In this document: positions 49,326 to 59,334 of the stretch, one piece after another
Numbering within the stretch: position 1 is the first letter of the stretch
Layout: every line of letters begins with the position of its first letter
Origin: Candidatus Cloacimonadales bacterium
GTDB taxonomy: Bacteria > Cloacimonadota > Cloacimonadia > Cloacimonadales > JAFGVF01
Reading direction: 5' to 3'
Length of the DNA: 64,000 bases
Assembly (NCBI GenBank): GCA_963662585.1
Contig: OY759729.1
Coordinates: forward strand, 1,600,001-1,664,000
The notes under the pieces: model-generated
Database searches by the model: none
Seen by the model: only the letters and a program-made list of their open reading frames with translations
What the model was told of the DNA's origin: nothing
Position numbers and translations under genes: made by a program

Positions 49326-51028
49326 TATTAAGAATTAAGTTTAAGAATTTTGTTCTTATTAAAGATTTAGAATTAGATTTTCAAGCAGGAATGACCGTTA
49401 TAACTGGTGAGACAGGAGCAGGAAAATCTGTCTTGGTAGGTGGTTTAAATCTAGTTCTTGGCGGTATGGTTCGTGGTAATTATTTCTATGAGAAGGATAA
49501 GAATATTTACCTGGAAGTAGATTTCAATATAGATAACAATAATCAGCTTCTATTAGATTTGATTAGTAAGTATAGTATTGAAGCTGAAGATAATGAACTG
49601 TTTTTTGTAAAAGAAATTAATGCTAATGGAAAAACAGGAAGCTTCATCAACGGTAGAAGAGTAACAAATAGTATTATTAAGGAATTCCGCGATGTTTTGC
49701 TTGATTTTCATTCTCAAAATGAACAACTTAACCTTAATGAACCAGAATACCAGTTGCAGGTTTTAGACTCTTATGGAGAACTGGATAATCTCAGAAATGA
49801 AGTCACTTCCTGCTATCTTGAATGGAAAAAAGAGAAACAAAAACTCAAGGATTTAATAAAAAAAGATAAAGATTTACAAGAAAAGACTAAACTTTATGAA
49901 TATCAAGTAGCAGAATTAGAAGCAATGAATTTACGCGAGGAAGAAGTTGCTGACCTAGACCATGAATACAATGTCTTAATTAATGCTGATAGAATTGTCA
50001 CGACAAGTAGAGATATTGTGCAAGAGTTTTATGAGGTTGAAAACTCTTTAATCGATAGATTCAGTCTAGCTCTTAACAAATTATCTGAGTTTAGTGATGA
50101 TTTAGCTCAGATTAAAACAGCAAATGAGTTCTTCTATGATGCTAAGTCTTTAATAGAAGATGGAATAAGCAGTTTAAGAGAAGTGGAAGATGTGGTCTCT
50201 ATCGATCAAGAGAGATTGCAACTTGTTGAAGATAGAATTAAAAGTATTGAAGAGATGAAAACTAAATATCACCTTAATAGTGTTAAACTACTACTTAATT
50301 ATTATAATGAGATTAACGAATTCTTATTAAATAAATCTCTCTTGACTAATGATATAAATAAACAAAAAGAATTTATTTCGTCTCTTGAAACAAAGCTACT
50401 TAAAATTTCTGACAAACTCTCTAAACAGAGAAATAAATATGCCCAAAATCTTAAATCTGAAATAGAAGCAAATATTGAATACCTCTCTCTTCCTAAAGCG
50501 AAAGTTAGATTTGCTTTTAATAGCGTAAATAATGAGAATAAACTCAGAGAACTTACTGAAACAGGCTATGATCAAATTAATCTTCTTTTCTCTGCAAACT
50601 TAGGTGTTGATCTACAACCATTAAAAGAATCTGCTTCTGGTGGAGAACTTTCTAGGATGCTTTTAGCCCTAAAAAAGATTCTTTCAGATAAACTCCAAGC
50701 TCGCTCGATAATTTTTGATGAAATTGATGTTGGTATCGGCGGTAATACAGCTCTATATATTGCTGACTACATAGCTAAAATCGGTAATAAGCACCAAGTA
50801 ATTTGTATAACCCACCTGCCTCAAGTAGCTGCGAAAGGGACAAATCACTTTAAAATTTTAAAAACAGTTGATGATAAAAAAACTGAAATTGATATAAAAC
50901 AATTAGACAATAATGAAAGAGAAATTGAAATTTCAAGAATGCTAGCAGGAACAGTCAGTAAAACATCTCTAAAACATGCTCAAGAGATTCTAAATTACAC
51001 TGACACTAATAATTCCCCAGATAAATAA
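49322..51028 (+). CDS. recN: DNA repair protein RecN
   Basis: ITGETGAGKS, coiled coil, ASGGELSR, IFDEIDVGIGG, CITHLPQVAA; follows nadK. Confidence 0.96.
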   Translation: MILRIKFKNFVLIKDLELDFQAGMTVITGETGAGKSVLVGGLNLVLGGMVRGNYFYEKDKNIYLEVDFNIDNNNQLLLDLISKYSIEAEDNELFFVKEINANGKTGSFINGRRVTNSIIKEFRDVLLDFHSQNEQLNLNEPEYQLQVLDSYGELDNLRNEVTSCYLEWKKEKQKLKDLIKKDKDLQEKTKLYEYQVAELEAMNLREEEVADLDHEYNVLINADRIVTTSRDIVQEFYEVENSLIDRFSLALNKLSEFSDDLAQIKTANEFFYDAKSLIEDGISSLREVEDVVSIDQERLQLVEDRIKSIEEMKTKYHLNSVKLLLNYYNEINEFLLNKSLLTNDINKQKEFISSLETKLLKISDKLSKQRNKYAQNLKSEIEANIEYLSLPKAKVRFAFNSVNNENKLRELTETGYDQINLLFSANLGVDLQPLKESASGGELSRMLLALKKILSDKLQARSIIFDEIDVGIGGNTALYIADYIAKIGNKHQVICITHLPQVAAKGTNHFKILKTVDDKKTEIDIKQLDNNEREIEISRMLAGTVSKTSLKHAQEILNYTDTNNSPDK

Positions 51029-51162
51029 TATTTATTTATGTTACAACATTTGAGGGAAGATTTATTTGTTAATAGTTTATTTTAAAAAATATAATTGACA
51101 AGTTTTTACTTTAATAAATAATATTGCTTATACATATATATGTTAAATGAGAAGGAGCCATT

Positions 51163-52080
51163 GTGAGTAGAAAAAGTTATAGAAACACCAAAATTATTAT
51201 TATATTTGTAGTCTTATTAGCCCTGGCTTGGGCTTTTTACACCATAGGACTTCCCTTTGCGAAATCAGAATCTCGTGGTGCCCAAACCACTGCTAATTTA
51301 GAAGATGAGTTGTTATATCGTTGGGATAATGCCAAACGATCAAATTATAATGCCAAATTCGAAATGGTGATGGAAGTTAAAAACTTTGATAACATTGCTG
51401 ATTCTCTGGGATTTTTGTCAGAATATGTTGAAAAATACCGTGGTTCAATACTTTCTAAATATGAATTTATGGTTAGAGTTCCTGTAAGTGATACAAAAGA
51501 ATTTAATAGCAAAATCAAATCTCTAGCAAATTTAATAAAGTTTAGTAGCGATTACTCAACTGCTTTAAATATTGCCTCAGTTAGAGCATACAATGATAGT
51601 TTAGTAACCTTACAGGCACAAAGGAAGAATTTAGAGAAACTCAGAAGAGAGAATCCTAATATTAAAGGATATTCTCAAGATATTGAAGATACAGATAGAC
51701 ATATTGCTCGCATTAATAGTTTGAAGTTTTCTCTGCAAAACAAAGAATATGATCTCTATCTAATAGCTTTTTCTGAACAGTTTAATAAAGGTGTAGATTC
51801 TTCTGATTACATTAGAAGATTAGCAAAGCAATTTATAATTGCACTTGGAGCATTAGCTTTAGGTGTTCCATTAATTATGCTCGGTTCAAAACTTTTATTT
51901 AAAGTCCTTGGTATTGTCGGTGCATCCACAAGCCAATTGTATGGAAGCTATTATAACAAAAGCTATAAGAATGGAAATTACAGTGGTTATGGCTATAATT
52001 ATGGACGAAAGCGACAAGTGAAACGAGTCTATAAAGACAAGGCAAAGGGTGACGAAAAGAATTCGTCGGATAAAGCTTAA
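51163..52080 (+). CDS. Two-TM membrane protein (DUF4349-like) with Tyr/Gly-rich basic C-terminal tail
   Basis: GTG start with AGGAG RBS; N-terminal TM, VRVP motif, coiled coil, C-terminal TM. Confidence 0.6.
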   Translation: MSRKSYRNTKIIIIFVVLLALAWAFYTIGLPFAKSESRGAQTTANLEDELLYRWDNAKRSNYNAKFEMVMEVKNFDNIADSLGFLSEYVEKYRGSILSKYEFMVRVPVSDTKEFNSKIKSLANLIKFSSDYSTALNIASVRAYNDSLVTLQAQRKNLEKLRRENPNIKGYSQDIEDTDRHIARINSLKFSLQNKEYDLYLIAFSEQFNKGVDSSDYIRRLAKQFIIALGALALGVPLIMLGSKLLFKVLGIVGASTSQLYGSYYNKSYKNGNYSGYGYNYGRKRQVKRVYKDKAKGDEKNSSDKA

Positions 52081-52098
52081 AACATAAACAAAATTAAT

Positions 52099-52128
52099 AA
52101 TAACCGGCGTAAAGTCGGTTATTGTTTT
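52099..52128 (+). terminator. Intrinsic terminator-like hairpin
   Basis: aataaccggc-gtaaa-gtcggttatt followed by gtttt. Confidence 0.55.
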
Positions 52129-52141
52129 AAAAGGAGATAGT

Positions 52142-52573
52142 ATGACTATGGACCCTTGGTTAATCTGGTTAATAATCGGAGTGATATGTGTAATCGTTGA
52201 GATATTCGACCCTGCAGTATTTTTCATCAGTTTTGGAATAGCTGGACTGATAACTAGTCCACTTTCAACTCTTGGCATACCTGTATGGTCTCAAATTCTC
52301 ATATTTGGAATTCTCAGCTTTGTCGTATTCCTTTTCATGAGGAAAGTTTATGAGAAGCTCTTCCAGAAAGAAAAAACTGAAACTAATGTCTATGCCTTAG
52401 TAGGCAAACAGGGTATTGTGATTACTGGAATTCCTCAAGATGGAAGAGGTGAAGTCAAAGTAGGTGGAGAAATCTGGACAGCTATTGCTAAAGATAATTT
52501 AGAAATCAATAATACTGAGAAAGTTACTGTTCTCAGTATTGAAGGAAATAAACTAATCGTTAAAAAAGTATAA
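52142..52573 (+). CDS. nfeD: NfeD family protein (short, YbbJ-like)
   Basis: N-terminal TMs (WLIIG...VE), OB fold LVGKQG..GEVKVGGEIWTA..IEGNKLIV. Confidence 0.9.
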   Translation: MTMDPWLIWLIIGVICVIVEIFDPAVFFISFGIAGLITSPLSTLGIPVWSQILIFGILSFVVFLFMRKVYEKLFQKEKTETNVYALVGKQGIVITGIPQDGRGEVKVGGEIWTAIAKDNLEINNTEKVTVLSIEGNKLIVKKV

Positions 52574-52584
52574 AGGAGTAAAAA

Positions 52585-54845
<2,261 letters not shown>

Positions 54846-54862
54846 CATATAACACATAAAGT

Positions 54863-54893
54863 AAAACAGGGCTTCGTAAGAAGCCCTGTTTTT
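54863..54893 (+). terminator. Intrinsic terminator of eno
   Basis: aaaacagggcttc-gtaa-gaagccctgttttt. Confidence 0.85.
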
Positions 54894-54953
54894 ATTGCTT
54901 TATTAAATTAGGCACTCTTTCAAGTAAAGTGGGTCTTAGAAAAAAAGAAATAT

Positions 54954-55852
54954 GGCAAGGGACTTCGGGCGAAAGAAAGTTGAGTTGTCGGAGACCGGAG
55001 TTCCTCAACCATAGGCAAGGGACTTCGGACGAAAGAAAGTTGAGTTGTCGGAGACCGGAGTTCCTCAGCCGTAGGCAAGGGACTTCGGACGAAAGAAAGT
55101 TGAGTTGTCGGAGACCGGAGTTCCTCAGCCGTAGGCAAGGGACTTCGGACGAAAGAAAGTTGAGTTGTCCGAGACCGGAGTTCCTCAGCCGTAGGCAAGG
55201 GACTTCGGACGAAAGAAAGTTGAGTTGTCGGAGACCGGAGTTCCTCAACCATAGGCAAGGGACTTCGGACGAAAGAAAGTTGAGTTGTCGGAGACCGGAG
55301 TTCCTCAGCCATAGGCAAGGGACTTCGGACGAAAGAAAGTTGAGTCGTCGGAGACCGGAGTTCCTCAGCCGTAGGCAAGGGACTTCGGACGAAAGAAAGT
55401 TGAGTTGTCGGAGACCGGAGTTCCTCAGCCGTAGGCAAGGGACTTCGGGCGAAAGAAAGTTGAGTTGTCGGAGACCGGAGTTCCTCAACCATAGGCAAGG
55501 GACTTCGGACGAAAGAAAGTTGAGTTGTCGGAGACCGGAGTTCCTCAGCCGTAGGCAAGGGACTTCGGGCGAAAGAAAGTTGAGTTGTCGGAGACCGGAG
55601 TTCCTCAACCATAGGCAAGGGACTTCGGACGAAAGAAAGTTGAGTTGTCGGAGACCGGAGTTCCTCAGCCGTAGGCAAGGGACTTCGGGCGAAAGAAAGT
55701 TGAGTTGTCGGAGACAGGAGTTCCTCAGCCGTAGGCAAGGGACTTCGGACGAAAGAAAGTTGTCGGAAGTCGCTACTCCGTGAGCAACTCCCGTCATAAA
55801 TAGTTGGAGACCGGAGTTCCTCAGCCATAGGCAAGGGACTTCGGGCGAAAGA
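54954..55852. repeat. 60-bp GC-rich tandem repeat array of imperfect hairpins (REP/BIME-like)
   Basis: 13 full units (54954-55733) of ggcaagggacttcggRcgaaagaaagttgagttgtcggagaccggagttcctcaRccRta, then a partial unit, an inverted variant hairpin and a final partial unit. Unit is 33/60 GC. Confidence 0.97.
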
Positions 55853-55927
55853 GAGGAATTATAAAGATTTTGAAGTTTCTTGATTCACTATCAGATTTAC
55901 TCCCCTCTGGAAAGAGGCTTAGTCAAT

Positions 55928-58900
55928 CTATTCCACTTCTTCAATATCTATTATTACTTCCAAGAATTTACCCTTAACTTCATAGCCATTAGCTTTCACA
56001 AAGGGCATTTCTTGAATGATTTCTACATACTTATTAACCTGTTCTTTATCATGTATTCCTCCTGTTTTGTAGTCTATAATTATCACTTCTTTTCTTTTAG
56101 TATTAATCATCATTCTATCGATACGATACTCTTTACCATCTTGAAAAATAGTCTTTTCATTAAATACTTTATCCCATTTAGGAGAGAAAATATCTTGATT
56201 AGACGCAATAAATTCTTGGCAAGCGCGGAAGATATTTTTGATATTATAGAGTGATAGCAAGCTTCCAAATTTACGATAAACCATATTTTCTGCCATTGCA
56301 GTTTCTTTGCCATATTTAATATAAGTCAGGAATTCATGAGCAGCGTTACCAAAGAGTTGATGTCTATCTTCAAGATACACTTTCTTCATATTCTCTATAG
56401 GCTTATTCTCTTCCAATTTTGGTTGTGAATAGTCTGTTAAGTACTTTTTCAAGTAGTTCTCTTGGGGAGATTTTGCCACTTGCTCAATATTTGCCTGGCT
56501 ATTCGCCAACTTAAGGTTGGCTTTAAAGTAGTGATAATATACCAACCCGTCTCTACTTAGATTATCTTCATCTTTTTCAATAAAGAACTCTTTATAGGCT
56601 GTAACAAGTTGACCAATAACTCCTGCTTCCTTTTTAAGAGAGGCAATGTAATCTGTAAAATCGCTTTTGCTTTTATAGCTGAAAAAGAGTCCTAGCTTTT
56701 GCTCAGCTCTAGTGAGGGCAACATAGAAGACATCAATAGCTTCAATTATTCCCCTTTCATCATATTCATTAATTAGGTCATCAGAAGCTGAATTTCTAAG
56801 TACTTTCTCATCATCAGAAGAGGAGTAGATAACAAAGTCGGTAAGCCCTAGATATGTTTGTTTATCAAAAGAATAAGTGAGCTTGAATTCTTTACCTTTA
56901 TTAGGTGGTGTCCAGTTTGCTAATTCCCAATAAAGAAAGACATTTTTAAAGCCTAAGCCTTTAGAAGCATGAACTGTCAAGATAGTGATACTATTTTCTA
57001 ATTGAAGTCCTTCTTGAAGGATTTCACTATTAGTTTCAAGTTGTTTCTGGCAATACTCCATGAATCCATAGAGGTCAAAGCTACTTGTATTAAGGTTAGT
57101 TAACTCAAAATTAATTATTAATTCTAAGAAGGTGTAGATATTTTTCCAATCTATTTCATTTTGACATATCTTGCTAAATTCATAATTATTAATAACTTCC
57201 CTAATAAATTGAGCATGGGAAAGATATTCTTTATTAACCAAAGTAAGCAGTTTTTCAACTTCAGGAAATTTCTTTAATTGAGCAAATTCATTCTCTTTAT
57301 CAATTTCATAAGCTTGGCTGTGATATAGCTTGAGAATCTCGGTAAGGTCTTGGGAGTTTAAAAGCACAAGGTCAGAGCGTAAAAAATGAAGTAGAGAAAA
57401 CCTATCTTTAAGTAATCTGAATTTAAGAACAGCCAATAATATTTCCACAGTTTTATGTTCTAAGAGCTTGCCTGAAGACTCAATATTGTTAGGAATGTTG
57501 AGTTTGTTCAACTCATTTGCAACTTTACCTGCATGGATTTTAGTTCTTACCAAAATTGCAGTTTGCCCCCACTCTATCTTACCTTCGCTATGAAGAGACT
57601 TTATTTGCTTAGCAAATTCTTCAAAGCTGTTAAGTTTCTCATCTTCGTTAGAGTCATCTGTGCTATCAGCATCAGCTTGCTTTTTTTTATTTAGCTCTTT
57701 ATTAAATTCCCAATAAAAAAGCTCTCCCCCTTCATCCTTTTCATCAAGATAGCAGTTATCATCAGCAGACCAGTTTTTGGCAGTAACTGGACTGTAATAC
57801 CATTCTCGTTTACTTTCTTTTGATGACTGCTGAAAATTTTCATCAGTGAATATCCGATTAACTATATCAATTACTGGACGAGTAGATCTAAAACACTGAC
57901 TAAGGTCTTCTGCTGAAACTTTTAATTTCTCAGGCATAATTTCCATTATTCCCCGCTCTCCCCCTCGCCAACCGTAGATTGATTGCTTAGGGTCTCCCAC
58001 AATGATAACACCAGTATAATCTTTGATAGAATTACCACTTGTTAATTCATTTATGATAGGGATTAAGATATTAAATTGATTAAAAGAAGTATCTTGAAAT
58101 TCATCAATAAGCAAGAATCTGAAGCGACTAATCAATTGTTCATAGAAGAGGTTAGTGACCTCACCAATCCTTCTGTCTATTAAAGACAAAGACTCTTCAT
58201 AGAGGTATTTATAAGTATAAAAAGTTACATCATTATAAGTGAATTTTCCAAGATTAAACTTTAAACTGTCATAATATTCACACAGTGTTTTCCAAGCTGA
58301 AACTACTTCCTGTTGTTGAGGAATAATTTCTGAGATTAGATAGAAATCAGCCAAAGGGACCATTGTCTTGGCGAATTCTTCTTCAAACTGGGCAGTAATA
58401 ATTTGTAAATCTTTCTTCCTACTTTTAGCAAAAGGAAAGGCTCTATCAAAGAATTTTTTAATATTTTTAATAATATGATTAGGATCAGCAAGAAGATGTT
58501 CAAAAACTTCAGTTAAGTTTAATTCTTCCATCTCATCAAGATCAATCATATCCTTATATTCCTTCATAAGATGCTTAGGCCAGGCTTTATTTTGAGTCTC
58601 AAAAACTAAAGTATTATACTCTTCTACCAAAGCTAGATACCCGTCCTTGAATATTTTCCAGTTCTTTGCTTTAAACTGCTCAATCATATTTGAATCTAAA
58701 TTCATAGAGGAACTAAAGACTCCTGTCATGCTCCCATTATCATAATAATCAAGAACCCATCTATTATCAATTAAGGATTTTATAAATCCTTGAATCTCCT
58801 CAACTGTTCTGAGATTTAATCTTTTGAGAAGAGGCTCAAATATTTTAAAGACTTGGTCAGAGAAAATGAAGTCTAATAGCATTGGCAGTATTTCGTCGTT

Positions 58901-59332
58901 AGAGTTATTATCAATATTAAAGTCTTTTATTCTGAGATAGGGAACAATCATACTCTTGAAAATATTAGTTGTAAAAGAATCTATGGTAGATACTTGAAGC
59001 AGGTCTTTTCTTTGGAGAATCTCATTTAAAAGTTTAGTTTTAATGTATTCGCGGTCCCTACTTTGCCATTTATAACCACTTATTTTCTCCAAGTTACTTA
59101 TAATTACAGCTGATTCCGAACCATCTGAAGCTAATTCTTGCAAAAAATCTAGTATTTTCTCTCTGATTTCAGCAGTTGCTTTGCGAGTAAAAGTCATTAC
59201 CACTATTTGACTAAAATCAAATTCTTGATCATCCTTATATTTAAGCAATAAAGAAATAAATTCTAATGATAAACGATAAGTTTTTCCTGTTCCTGCAGAG
59301 GCCATGATTACTTTTTTTTCAGTATGTTCCAT
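55928..59332 (-). CDS. addA: AddA/RecB-like UvrD helicase-nuclease
   Basis: ASAGTGKT, TFTRKATAEIRE, STIDSF, IDEFQD, VGDPKQSIYGWRGG, TVHASKGL, YVALTRA; C-terminal RIDR...IIDYKTG nuclease. Confidence 0.88.
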   Translation of the reverse strand: MEHTEKKVIMASAGTGKTYRLSLEFISLLLKYKDDQEFDFSQIVVMTFTRKATAEIREKILDFLQELASDGSESAVIISNLEKISGYKWQSRDREYIKTKLLNEILQRKDLLQVSTIDSFTTNIFKSMIVPYLRIKDFNIDNNSNDEILPMLLDFIFSDQVFKIFEPLLKRLNLRTVEEIQGFIKSLIDNRWVLDYYDNGSMTGVFSSSMNLDSNMIEQFKAKNWKIFKDGYLALVEEYNTLVFETQNKAWPKHLMKEYKDMIDLDEMEELNLTEVFEHLLADPNHIIKNIKKFFDRAFPFAKSRKKDLQIITAQFEEEFAKTMVPLADFYLISEIIPQQQEVVSAWKTLCEYYDSLKFNLGKFTYNDVTFYTYKYLYEESLSLIDRRIGEVTNLFYEQLISRFRFLLIDEFQDTSFNQFNILIPIINELTSGNSIKDYTGVIIVGDPKQSIYGWRGGERGIMEIMPEKLKVSAEDLSQCFRSTRPVIDIVNRIFTDENFQQSSKESKREWYYSPVTAKNWSADDNCYLDEKDEGGELFYWEFNKELNKKKQADADSTDDSNEDEKLNSFEEFAKQIKSLHSEGKIEWGQTAILVRTKIHAGKVANELNKLNIPNNIESSGKLLEHKTVEILLAVLKFRLLKDRFSLLHFLRSDLVLLNSQDLTEILKLYHSQAYEIDKENEFAQLKKFPEVEKLLTLVNKEYLSHAQFIREVINNYEFSKICQNEIDWKNIYTFLELIINFELTNLNTSSFDLYGFMEYCQKQLETNSEILQEGLQLENSITILTVHASKGLGFKNVFLYWELANWTPPNKGKEFKLTYSFDKQTYLGLTDFVIYSSSDDEKVLRNSASDDLINEYDERGIIEAIDVFYVALTRAEQKLGLFFSYKSKSDFTDYIASLKKEAGVIGQLVTAYKEFFIEKDEDNLSRDGLVYYHYFKANLKLANSQANIEQVAKSPQENYLKKYLTDYSQPKLEENKPIENMKKVYLEDRHQLFGNAAHEFLTYIKYGKETAMAENMVYRKFGSLLSLYNIKNIFRACQEFIASNQDIFSPKWDKVFNEKTIFQDGKEYRIDRMMINTKRKEVIIIDYKTGGIHDKEQVNKYVEIIQEMPFVKANGYEVKGKFLEVIIDIEEVE

Positions 59333-59334
59333 TA

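Noticed and set aside
54961..55760. Tandem hammerhead ribozymes (GGACGAAA after a stem)
   Set aside because: The essential CUGANGA core is absent before the stem (the sequence is ucggaga), and stems I and III cannot be drawn.
54892..55834. Three long repetitive ORFs (284-304 aa) over the array
   Set aside because: They follow from a stop-free 60-bp (20-codon) period in several frames. There is no convincing RBS, the composition is atypical, and conservation follows the hairpin rather than codons.
54954..55852. CRISPR array or guide-RNA array
   Set aside because: Units are nearly identical over all 60 bp, with no unique spacers and no cas genes. The neighbouring PD-(D/E)xK domains belong to AddAB.
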